A DNA stretch of 64,000 nt from Eledone cirrhosa. Lineage: Eukaryota. The translations under genes were made by a program, and so were the position numbers. The stretch is from contig OZ024740.1 in the NCBI GenBank assembly GCA_964016885.1, forward strand, positions 262,818,001 through 262,882,000, read 5' to 3'. Below are positions 1-11,019 of this stretch, one piece after another. The notes under the pieces were generated by a model. The model ran no database searches, was not told the origin of the DNA, and worked only from the letters and a program-made list of their open reading frames with translations. The first letter of the stretch is position 1, and every line of letters starts with the position of its first letter.

Positions 1-1243
1 GGCAGTAGTGCATTTTTTTTAAATGCAGTTAATTGAGGACAGGAAGCCCTCAGGGGACCACTGCTTAAACAGTGGTAACGTGAAGGCCACTTACCCTCAA
101 CAGAAATGTTTACGTAGGAAACTCCATCCAGAGACACACGTTGTGGGATACTAGTTATTCGTTCTGGCCTCATTTGGACCAGAACTTCTAAGGTAGTACC
201 CTTAAATATACTCCTGGGGGACTTTCCTACCGAAATTAATGTGTCTTCGACAAAGCTTATGAAGCCACTCAATATCCACCAGATATTTACATTTGGTGTG
301 ATTCTTGTTACCCTTATTTTGGGGGTTCTTTTTCCCATATATGTGGAGGAAAAGGTGTAGAGGGGGGACACAATTGGCGACAGAGAATATGTCTGTGCCG
401 TCAATTGGTCTTTCATTATTATTGATAAACTCCAGAAGAGTTTTCCCTTCTGTATGAAAGGAATGTCCTTCATGGAGTTTCTTAGAACCAGCTCAATTTC
501 GTTTTGAGTTAATTGAGCTGGTTTTCTAGTGGTGTTTGAAACTGTCCTGAAAACTATAGTTTTCAGGACAGTTTCTCTAGGCAATTATTGGGGAGAAGTG
601 ATGCTAAAAGCGCCATTCTCCTCCAAAAATTATATTTTGCTTGGCATCTCTAGTAATTCTCCATCATTAGAGATGTCAATCTGTGTATATAGTTCCGTCT
701 TTTGGACTGTTTGTGCGAACGAAACCTCTTTTACCTTCTTTGTGGAGTTGTTCTTGTTGGTGTTGTTGTCATTACTGTTGTTGGTGTTGGTGTTGTTGTT
801 ATCATTGTTGCTGTTGTTGTTGTTGTTGTTGTTGTTGTTGTCATTGTTGTCGTTGTTGTTGTTTTTGTCGTTCTCAATTGCTTGATTTGTGGTTGTGGAA
901 TTCATTTGTGAAGTTGTTTTTTTTCTTGTTCAATATTTTACGTGCCGTATGTGTTTCCATACTTTTATTTTGGTGTGATTTATCACGGCCACTACCTGTT
1001 GCCATAGTGACATTCATTTCAACGCTCACATTTTCACTTATGGCGGGAAGCGCTTCGATTTTATCATTCATAGTTAAAACAATTTGTTATACATTTTTAT
1101 GAAAATTTCAATGACCCACCCACTGACAATTTAGTCGGAGAGTCAATCTATACAGTGCTATATTTTTTAAAACAATAATTTTTGTTTTCTATAAATTTAA
1201 AGACAAAAGCTTACCAGCGTGACAGGCACACAACTTCTCAGAC
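1..1243 (-). mobile_element. Tx1/L1-like LINE, 5' end and frameshifted ORF1; continues past the window start
   Basis: ORF pieces 874..1071 and 630..905 have an Asn-rich tract followed by KEVSFAQTVQKTE, resembling ORF1 at 26816..27262 (KPISFAGIAKSLE). Confidence 0.6.
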
Positions 1244-1260
1244 AATAGATAGGTAGATAC

Positions 1261-3011
1261 GTTTCTTTATTAGCCACAGGGGAAAAAAAGAAGGGGACAA
1301 ATACAAAGGTGGAAGTTTACATACAATATAACGTGTAAAATATTATCACAAATGCAATTTAAAAATTAGTCGATTTTCCCCAATAGGGGGAGACATTACA
1401 TATGGGTAACACATACCCCCGAAAAAAAATGTGCAACCCTCATCTCCAGGAGTACGAAGAGTTTGTACTCCTTTCCTCTCCTCCTCCTTTTCCTCAACCT
1501 ACAGACTGATATAGAGAAAAGGCAAATTCACTCGGGCCATTCTCGCCACTTTCACCCACCTTTCATAAAACTTGCTGGGGTACAGCACCTCTCTCTCAAT
1601 CATGATTCTTCTTCCAAAGTTGTATTTGAAAAAAAGAATCAGTTGTTGGCCGGAGAGAAAGGTGTCTGACCTCAGCCCTTTCAACCTTGTCCACCATACA
1701 ACCTCTTTCACCATAGCTATCACACAAAGGAAAACCGCCTCTCCTTCGTTTTTGAAGGAGGGTGGCGGCGATCATGACAATGGACTCGGTGGTCAACCGG
1801 ATTGCTCCTACCGAACAGACTGGCCAGTTCGTCTTCCTCTACGCCTAGAGTTTCACCGAGCGCGTCGTCGCACTTGCTGCGGATCAAGCCTCTATAGAAT
1901 GACGAAGTGGTGTCTCCACTGATCGCAGGGTCCGCCTGCCAGAGGGCTGTGAGCGCCTGAGCAAATTCGATGTGCCAGTCGCCCATTTTCTTCGGTCTTT
2001 GCTTGACCCAGGACTGCAGCTCGGTCAGCGAGATGAGTCGTGGGAAGGCTCGCCGGTTGTGCGGTGAGGAATACGTAGAGATGCCGCAGCCTGAGCGCGT
2101 GTTTGCGCATCGTTAGCCACGGCATCCCCATCCCTCCGTTGGAAGGGTGTTGGCAGCAGATGGATCTTCTCACCAAAGGAGCCCGCCTCTTCCAAAGGAA
2201 TTGGAAGAGCGCGCGCTCCATTTTGGTTAGCGTTTTGGCTGGACAAGGCACGACGCTCAAGCGGTAGTAGATGGCGGACGCTATAAAAGTGTTCGCCACC
2301 TCCGCTCGATCTTTCAAGGATAGTTTGCATTCGGCCCACTTCTGGGTGAGTGCAGACACCTTGGCCGTCACCTCGTTCCAGTTCTTCTCCGCAAGGAGGT
2401 CCGGACCCAACCAGACCCCGAGCAGCTTTACCGGTCCTTCCGTCCAGCGTCCGACGACGCCATCGGAAGGCATCGGTTTTCCTCTCCATGTGCGGAGTTG
2501 CAAACCGATGAACTTGTCCCGGTTCAGCTTCGCTCCTGTGAACCGTTCGTATTCCTACAGTAAAGTGCCAACTTCCTCGATTTGCGAGTTCTCGACACTA
2601 TGACTGTAAGTTCGTCGGCGTAGGCCGACGCCGCTTTCCGCTTCCCGGTTCCAGAGGGATGCCCTACAATAGCTCCAATTTCCGCAGTAGTGGCTCGAGA
2701 GTCAGTACGTACAGAAGGGAGGAGAGAGGGCATCCCTGTCGAATGGATCGCGTGATATGGAACGGCTCCGAGAGGTAGCCATTCACCTTGACCCTTGAGC
2801 AGATGTTGTTGTTGTGCATTCCAGCAATCCAGCCCCTGAACACGGGTCCGAAGCCTGCCGCCTCGAGCACCGCATCCACGTAACGATGGTCAACCCTATC
2901 GAAAGCCTTAGATTGATCCAAGTTGATCAGGGCCCCACCGAAGCCGGGTTTACACCCTACCCTCTCTATGATGTATCGCATGAGGTGGAGGTTATCGTGT
3001 ATGGACCTATC
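1261..3011 (-). mobile_element. 5'-truncated Tx1-like LINE (RT C-terminal half and 3' UTR), decayed
   Basis: RT motifs LDQSKAFDRVDH, SIRQGCPLS and AYADE; homologous to 22185..24275; minus-strand AATAAA near 1266; GATA repeats on both sides. Confidence 0.9.
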
Positions 3012-3182
3012 ATAGATAGATAGACAAATACATACTTCCACATACATTCATACATATACAAGCAATGTAGTACGTATATGCCCGGGTATATTTGAAATAT
3101 CATTTATTTAGTAGAAACAATTATTTAGTAAGCCCAGATTAACAGGGCTCACAATTTATCCATTAAATGAAAAAGGAGTTGC

Positions 3183-3262
3183 CAGCGGCCGCAACTAGAG
3201 ATCAATCCTCGTTTCTCTTAGATACCGGCTGAGTCTTCTAGAAATTGAGCTAAGATGGCACC
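3183..3262 (-). repeat. Degenerate tRNA-like repeat head
   Basis: Minus strand reads GCCATCTTAGCTCAATT (A-box-like) ... AGTTGCGGC; the B box is degenerate and no clean cloverleaf forms. Confidence 0.3.
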
Positions 3263-3350
3263 TCTGACAACTTCTTACCCTCTGAATTAAGGAGGTGATT
3301 CAATTTAAAAAATGAAAACACACACACACGCACGCACACACACACACGCT

Positions 3351-3422
<72 letters not shown>

Positions 3423-3671
3423 GCCAATTCTATAAGTTGATAGTAAGGCGGTTCAGATATTTATCTAAATCTTGAATCTGGTTTATTCCATATCCAGAAT
3501 CGCGAGAGGTATTTCAGACGTAAATCCAGTTGGTATACTTCGAGTCATTTAAGATTTATAATCACAGAACATATATTAACAAAGAATATAGGTCACCAAG
3601 TTCAACAGTTAATACTTTTTTCTTTGATCTACATGTGTTTCATTATCTATGGTTATTATGTACAATACAAG

Positions 3672-3858
3672 GGCGGTGAGTTGGCAGTATCGGTAGTGTG
3701 TCGGACATGCTTTCCAGCATAGTTACGTCCCTTTACGATCTGAGTTCAAATCCCGCCGAGGTTAACTTTGCCTTTCATCCTTACGGGGTCGATAAAATAA
3801 AGTACCAGTAATGTACTGGAATAATTGCTGGCCTTGTGCCAAAAGTAGAAACAATTAT
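3672..3858 (+). mobile_element. tRNA-derived SINE (octopus-type)
   Basis: A box TGGCAGTATCGG, B box GAGTTCAAATCC, body ctttgcctttcatccttacggggtcgataaaataaagtacc; many copies in the window. Confidence 0.9.
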
Positions 3859-4280
3859 GTACAATACCCTTATAGAGAGATCGTCTGCCTCAATTATATG
3901 TATATAAAATATCAAAAAGTTTTTAATTACTGATCGATGTATGTCCGTACCAGTATGTTTCAGCTGCAAACTGCAAACAAAGATTTTTCTAAGGGTATGG
4001 AAAGTTAGAATTGTCAGAATTATTTAACGGTACTTTTCTTAGTTATTCTGACAGGTATTACCAGCACCCCTACTCTGATTCTGATATTAATATAAACTAT
4101 GTCTGTGATTAGTGCAACTGTATTAGTATTTACTGAAGTTATAATCAAATTTAACCTCGGTATATAGTTTTATGAAGGTTAATGAAATGAAATCTATGGA
4201 AAGGCTATATGAACTTATATAAACGAAAACAAGTAACACCCACGCTGAACCAACCTCAAACTTGTAACTTTAATGTGCAT

Positions 4281-4467
4281 AACAATGTGTCCTACTCTTA
4301 GCACAAAGCCAGCAATTATCCCAGTGCATTAAAAGTGTTTTATCTTATCGACCCCGTAGGGATGAAAGGCAAAGTTAACCTCACCGGGATTTGATCTCAG
4401 ATCGTAAAGGGCCTTGACTATCCTAAAAAGCATGGCGTCCCACCCACACAGCCAATTCACCACCGCC
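4281..4467 (-). mobile_element. tRNA-derived SINE, diverged copy
   Basis: Reverse complement of the 3672 family. Confidence 0.85.
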
Positions 4468-4508
4468 GACACGTATGCATGCCTGTCAATCATGGGGAAT
4501 CGGCGTAG

Positions 4509-4700
4509 ATAATAATTGTTTCTACTTTTGGCACAAGGCCAGCAATTATCCCAGTGTATTACTGGTACTTTATTTAATCGACCCCGTAAGGATGAAAGGC
4601 AAAGTTAACCTCGGTGGGATTTGAACTCAGAATGGCAAGGGCCGTAACTCTATGCGTCAAAGCCTGTCGTACAACCCTCTACCGATACTGCCAATCCCCT
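4509..4700 (-). mobile_element. tRNA-derived SINE
   Basis: Reverse complement of the 3672 family. Confidence 0.9.
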
Positions 4701-5013
4701 GTAGACAATAATGAGTGTAAGAATAGTGTAAACAATCTGGGAAATAACTGTAAATGTAGGATACCTGGCACCTGCCATCTTAGAGGTGATTCTTTTAAGA
4801 GTAACATAGTATATGAATGCGATATTTTATCTAATAGTAAAACATTTACAATAGTAAAACATTCGGTGCCGCTGCGACTAAGTTTATAACAAGACATTAT
4901 GCGCATATGCCCTCATTTAAGAATGGAACATTATGGAATCCTACCGCTTTAGCTAAACTAATTTGGTAATATATTAATTGTTGTACTTGGTGACCTATTA
5001 TCTTTGTTATATA
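4701..5013 (+). pseudogene. Penelope-like element GIY-YIG fragment
   Basis: NCKCRIPGTCHLRGDSFKSNIVYECDI matches the Cys-rich linker plus IVY start of PLE endonucleases; 4970..5013 is an inverted copy of 3570..3615. Confidence 0.6.
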
Positions 5014-5027
5014 CATATATGTGTGTG

Positions 5028-5148
<121 letters not shown>

Positions 5149-5232
5149 CAAAGGAAATGTGGTAAGGAACCAGATGGAGCATAACGCACCAGAGTACTCA
5201 ATACTTAAGGTAGTAGAGTGGGAAATAGGAAA

Positions 5233-5340
5233 AAGTATTACCCCGACGGCAGAGCTCAAGCCGTTTCGACGGCTATTTCTGGACTAAACTAGAATTTTTA
5301 GCCTGGTGAATAAATAGCCGAACTTGTCAAGGGGGTACTT
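5233..5340 (-). ncRNA. Type I hammerhead ribozyme, U3-A8 core, extended helix II
   Basis: Minus strand: aagta-ccccc TTGACAA GTT-CGGCTATTT...AAATAGCCG-TC GAAA CGGC-ttgagctct-GCCG TC/gggg-taa-tactt; all three helices pair and the cleavage triplet is GUC. Confidence 0.8.
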
Positions 5341-5489
5341 CCGTATAAGGGAAGATTGTAGTTGTCAAGAGGATTGGTTAAAATGTGTTGTAAACACAAA
5401 TAAGTCTATCAAGTCTATTGACAGACTTATTTGTGTTTACAACAAATTTTAACCAATCATCTTAACAACTACACTCTTCCCATATAAGG

Positions 5490-5597
5490 AAGTACCGCCT
5501 TGACAAGTTCGGCTATATATTCACCAGGCTAAAAATTCTAATTTAGTACAGAAATAGCCGTCGAAACGGCTTGAGCTCTACCGTCGGGATTATACTT
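5490..5597 (+). ncRNA. Second copy of the U3-A8 hammerhead, more mutated
   Basis: TTGACAA at 5500..5506, GAAA at 5563..5566, GTC ending at 5585; mismatches in helices I and III. Confidence 0.65.
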
Positions 5598-5616
5598 TTT
5601 CCTATATATATATATA

Positions 5617-5647
<31 letters not shown>

Positions 5648-5850
5648 CACTTACACACACATATATATATATATGTGTGTGTGCGTTTGTGTCTGTGCCT
5701 GTATTTCTTTGTATGTGTGTGTGTGTGTGTTTATGTTCCTGACTTGTACTAGGAGTAACCAGAGTTAAACATTTTACTCAATATGTTGGCAAAGTATAGG
5801 CATGTTTCCATACGAATGAAATGAAACATGTCTACTCCTGTAGAAGTCCT

Positions 5851-6217
5851 TTATATATATATATATAAAACTATTCTTGTCTGTGTGTGCGTCCTAATTT
5901 TTGCAAAGTCCATACAAATCCACATTTCTACTCCGATTGACTTCAAACTTGCGGTCTAAAGATGTTAACTGCAGCTTTCATTTTTCAATATTCTGTTGCG
6001 CCGGTTATCCATCTCCGAGGCGCTCTTATAATATATCTCTGTATGCCTGGGTGGCTGCATTACGACATTCTGACGAACATTGATGACGTATTATGTTCGC
6101 TATTTTCCGTAAATTGCCAGGGGACGTCTTCACAAACCAAATTATCGTATTCCTGTTTTCCTTCGGTTGCAACGTTTTTCGAAAAATTTACTTCTGCGTT
6201 CACAGATTATTTTTTTT

Positions 6218-6271
<54 letters not shown>

Positions 6272-6850
6272 GTGAAACCCGAGAAGTACCCAACCCATTC
6301 TTTTCAAACTCTACATGTGTAATACTTATGTTTCAGGGAGTTTTAGGCACATAACGAAAATTCCACTTTTTGATACCCTAGGTGAAAAACTGCGTCTTTA
6401 CAGCTTTTTATGGGTTTTTTGAGGCGTTACGTCAGACCGATTTCCTTGAAATTGTAACTATGTATTAGTCAGTCTCTTCTTCATACTGTGAGCAAAGAAA
6501 ACGGTTTTATGGCCCAGGGCCCACATTAGGTGAAAAACTTCATTTTTTCAGCTTTTTAGGGCTTTTTTGAGGCGTTACGTCTAGCCGATTTTCATGAAAT
6601 TTCCAGGCATATTATGCACATAAAAACATAAAAAAATTTCATTTTCTTGATCCACTAGGGCCAGCATTCGGTGAAAACCTGCAATTTCCCTGCTTCGTCG
6701 ATGAAAATTTTAAAGATTGTCGAGCCATCAGAGTATTCGGTTTATTTTCTTTACATATTGTCCAGGCATGCATTTTTACCACGATTAGGTCTGTTGGCGG
6801 CCCGCGTTCCAAAATAACCTATCCCATGCAACGCCGGGTACCACTGCTAG
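5851..6850 (+). mobile_element. Non-autonomous Helitron-like element
   Basis: 5' (TA)n-TAAAA start; 3' hairpin cccatgcaacgccggg followed by CTAG then T; internal diverged repeats of about 140 bp (taggtgaaaaact...). Confidence 0.7.
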
Positions 6851-6894
6851 TCTATATATGCAATTTAAAAATGTTTCTCGCTCTACATAGCTGA

Positions 6895-7366
6895 ATACAA
6901 TAAATGTAATCTGAGTGTTTCGAATATTAATAATAATATTCGATTCGTTTGCAATTATGAAAACAAGCCTCATTTTTACAGCCATTTCAGTAGAATGAGC
7001 CCCTTATGTTTCTGGGTATCACCCATCATCAGTACAGCTCACTGTTCGCCTAACAACTTTCAGAGCTAGTGAAAATATATGTTATTTTCTAAAGTATACA
7101 GTGACTGATCAGCTTGATTTGCATATTAGCAGACTGCCTGATCAGTCAGATCTGCATATTAGCAGATCCACTGATCAACCAAATTTGCATATCAGCAGAC
7201 TGCCCAGTCAGTTTCCTGTATACAAGCCATTGAATGGCCGACTTTAATGGCCATATTAATAGAAACAAAAAATTGGCCCGTCTGCTGATATGCAATTCTG
7301 GCTGTCTGCATAATTGCAAACGAATCGAATATTGTTATTAATATTCTAAAAACTCAGATTACACTT
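6895..7366. repeat. Element bounded by inverted repeats, with an HHR-like motif and three tgcatatYagcaga repeats
   Basis: 6900..6960 is an inverted copy of 7308..7366; internal repeats at 7118..7200. Confidence 0.7.
6996..7041 (-). ncRNA. Minimal hammerhead-like motif with decayed helix III
   Basis: tgagct-gta CTGATGA TGGGT gat ACCCA GAAA cataagg ggctca. Confidence 0.45.
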
Positions 7367-7546
7367 ATATATATATATATATATGAAAGACGTAAAATAA
7401 AAAAAAATTTAAATTAACTTACTAAAATTCTCACTCCAACTAATTAGTTTCTCTATATATATATATATATATAACATCTATATAACATATATATTTGCTA
7501 GCATAGGTGTACATATGTATACATATGCTGGTAGATATACTAATTA

Positions 7547-7623
<77 letters not shown>

Positions 7624-7662
7624 TTGCGAGGTTTTTGATATGAAATCGTGTGTCGAAACAAA

Positions 7663-8176
7663 TATTGTTATACTTCGGGAGGGTCATATTGTTGTAATAA
7701 TAAATAATAAAAGAAATAATAAAAGAACACACTCACTGTTTGATTGGTTTTCGCTTCTGTATCTTTTATAGCTACACAGTTAATTCATTCGGTCCACAAT
7801 GTTTACCATTCACTGGTCAACGGTCAAAAATACAGATATAATATAGATATAAACACATATATATAGTCTAACGAAGTCTACACCACTTTTTTTTAAATGG
7901 CGTATATATACAATGCAACAGGAGGAACAAAATAGTACCACCGATGATGTTGCAGATGTGCAACGAAAGAATTTTGTTAGACTATATATATATGTGTTTA
8001 TATCTATATTATATCTGTATTTTTGACCGTTGGTCAGTTAATGGTAAACATTGAGAACCGAATGAATTAACTGTGTAGCTATAAAAGATACAGAAGCGAA
8101 AACCAACCAAACAGTGAGTGTGTTCTTTTATTATTTCTGGCAATATTATTACAACAATATGACCCACCCCAAGTAT

Positions 8177-8184
<8 letters not shown>
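7663..8184. repeat. Inverted repeat of a PLE terminal-repeat family
   Basis: 7663..7873 is an inverted copy of 7975..8184; related sequence at 45190, 53815 and 55100; decayed HHR at 7937..7978 (+, CCGATGA T GTTGCA gatg TGCAAC GAAA). Confidence 0.85.
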
Positions 8185-8210
<26 letters not shown>

Positions 8211-8215
<5 letters not shown>

Positions 8216-8735
8216 TAATAGGATCTCGCTTCAAGCATAGCTTTATACAATTTGTATAAATATTTCGTATCTCCAAAGATATACGCTTTTAGGAAGCCGT
8301 AGTTATGCAAACACCGGGGGTGGGTGGGGGGTAACGCCCTCTGGTGATATCCAGCAGAAGCAAGGGGGACAACCGTCTATGCATTTCAGGCTTAACTGGT
8401 CATCGTCAGGACGGTCACTCCCACCGCTTGCGACTGCTGGACTAGAAGACAGGAGAGAATATATACTTTTCTCGTCTGTGTAAATGAGGTGATTAATCTC
8501 ATTAGCATATGAAGCTGCATAAGTTGGCTCAACTTATAATAGAAAAGAAATAGGATTTCGCTTCAAGCATAGTTTTATATAATTTGTATAAATATTTCGT
8601 ATCTCCAAAGAAATACGGTTTTAGGAAGCCGTAGCTATACAAACCCCGGACATCACCACAGGGTGTTAGGCCCCCGGTGTTTGCATAGCTACGGCTTCCT
8701 AAAACCGTATTTCTCTGGAGATACGAAATATTTAT
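8211..8735 (-). mobile_element. Small HHR-containing repeat (retrozyme-like or PLE pseudo-LTR)
   Basis: About 105 bp at 8211..8320 recurs directly at 8545..8650 and, in part, inverted at 8672..8735; one HHR lies between the direct copies. Confidence 0.65.
8372..8415 (-). ncRNA. Minimal type I hammerhead ribozyme
   Basis: accgtc CTGACGA tgaccagttaagcct GAAA TGCA TA gacggt; 6-bp helix I, palindromic ATGCAT helix III, weak helix II. Confidence 0.7.
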
Positions 8736-8955
8736 GCCAATATTTATGTTAATATTACAGCTAACACGCTCGCGTGTGTGCGTGCTGACATCTGGGCCCT
8801 GCCGCTGGGGACAACACCTTGTTTTCTTTTTGTACATTCATCCATTCATTCATTCATTTATTTGCTAACATTCTACCTTCTTGTGTGTCACCCTCCATGC
8901 ACCCCTTCTATTTTGTCTTGTCTTCTGTCGTCTCCATATTTGATGTAGGTGAGCT

Positions 8956-11019
8956 ATGAGAACCTCACGACCGAGGCGTCTCAGGAAGAAAGAGAGTGGC
9001 ATACGCCCTATCGCTGTGGGCAATGTCTTCCGGAGGCTGTCTGCCAAGGTGGTCTGCAGATCCATAACACCTGAACAGGGCGAGGAGTTCAGTCAAGTGC
9101 AACTGGGTGTCGGTGTGTCCGGCGGCTGTGAGGGGGCGGCACATGCAACCAGGCAGTTCATCAACAGCTGCCCACCGGAACCGGCATCCAGGGACACCAG
9201 GCACCTCATTATCAAGCTTGACATAAGGAATGACTTTAACTGCATACGCCGGGACCTTCTGCTTGATGCCTGCCTCAGCGGAGCCCCCTCTGCCTACCCG
9301 CTAGCCTACCTGTCGTATGGAAATGCGAGCATGCTCCTTGCTGCTTATACGGTTATACCTTCGGCCACTGGGGTCCAACAGGGCGTCTCTTTGGAACCCC
9401 TCCTGTTTGCTCTTGGTATAGACCACATTGTCCGGAGTATCACAGCCTATCTCAACGTTTGGTATCTGGATGATGCTACGTTGGGCAGGCCCGTAGAGAC
9501 TATCTGCCTTGACCTCCAACCGGTGGTTCCTGTCCTGGCGGGAATCGGCCTCCAGGTCAACTCGTCTAGGTCAACTCTGAGGTGGTGAATGTCAGCCACG
9601 ATGGTGAGAGCTTTGCAGCCTCCGTCCTGGACGTGCAGTCCATTATCCACCAGGTACAGGTGACCCCCAGAGAGGATGTCCTCATCTTCGGGTCACCGAT
9701 CCACTCGCCGGCCATCTGCTCCAACATTAGGTACAGGCTTCAACAATACCAGACTCTCACAGCCGAGTCGGCTTGATCGTCGGCCAGCCAGCTATCTTTC
9801 TGTTGAGGAACTGCTTCGCCATGCCGAAGCTCCACTGTACCATTCGCCACGCTCCGTGCTACACCCATGCATCTCTCCTCGCTGACCTCGATACTTGTAT
9901 CCGAGCGGCAGCCGAGGAGATATGCAACGTTAGGTCTGACGACATAGGATGGCAACAGGCCACTTTACCTGTCAGATATGGCGGCCTCCGGTCTCCGATC
10001 TCCCTAGCTTTGCCGGCGTTTCTTTCGTCGGTAAGCTCATGCTGCGTCCTCGTCAGCAGGGTTCTCCAAAACACAATGGAACCCTCTCTGATCAGGGAAC
10101 ATGAGGCCGCCTCTCAGACGTGGGACCGACTGGGACTTAGCCCAGTAGACGTCCCTCCGCCTTCTCCCCTTGCTGACGTCAAGTGCCCCCAAAGCATTTT
10201 GGATGCCATCCAGTGTAGCCTGGCCTCAGACAGCTCACGCGCCAGCACGACCAGCCCCGCCTTGCCTGTTTTCGTGCGGTCGCCAACCTCACAGTGGTGC
10301 CTGGTTCCATGTCTAACCCCTTTCTCTACTGGCGGGCAGCTGGATGACAATAGCCTGCGCATCGGCGGTTCCTTGAGGCTTGGTATCCGGATCTGTGAGC
10401 CACACCAATGTCGCTGTGGATCCTCCGTGGACTCTTTCGGCCTCCCCCGCTTTCCTGCCGCCACATTACCGACCGCTTTCCACGCCACACGGCCCCCAAC
10501 GAGGTTATAAAGCATGGTTTGGAAGCTGCAGACTTCCCTTCCCAGCTCGAGCCGGTGGGACTGGACCGAGAGGACGGCAAAAGGCCAGACGGAATGACCA
10601 CCTTCCCGTTCCGCGGTAGCACACCCCTCGTCTCGGATATCACTTACAACGACACTTTCTCCAGCCTCAATCTGGTGCGGTCTTTGACTAACCCAGGTTC
10701 TGCTGCACGTCGGGCTTACGAGGCCAAACTCTTCAAATACGGGTCGCTCTCCGACTGGTTTGCGTTCGTACCCTTGGCAGTGGAGACTTCTGGTGTGCTC
10801 GGCCCTAGGGCTACCTCCCTACTCCCCACCATAGGCGCTGAGATGGCCAGCCGCAGGTGTGAGCCTCGCGAGCTGGATTGGCTCTTCCAGCGCGTCACCC
10901 TTGCCGTCCTCCGTGGAAACGCCTTCTCTATTCTCTCCGCCGGGGTTGTGGGGAGGCCATCAACATCATTGACTGACGTGTCAATGTATCAGTCAACAGA
11001 AATTTCTGCCCTCTTTTAG
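8956..11019 (+). mobile_element. CRE-clade non-LTR retrotransposon (RT, Zn knuckle, restriction-like endonuclease), 5'-truncated and frameshifted
   Basis: GIRPIAVGNVFRRL, QLGVGVSGGCE, GVQQG, WYLDD, QATLPVRYGGL, CRCG, KRPDG and FVPLAVETSG across ORFs 8956..9588, 9773..10510 and 10408..11019. Confidence 0.85.

Larger units (their letters stand above)
5226..5604. repeat. ~380-bp imperfect palindrome (inverted PLE-type terminal repeat)
   Basis: Arms ~5226..5408 and ~5421..5604 are near reverse complements; (TA)n lies nearby on both sides. Confidence 0.95.

Noticed and set aside
3672-3770. Functional tRNA gene
   Set aside because: It is the head of a multi-copy SINE without a cloverleaf.
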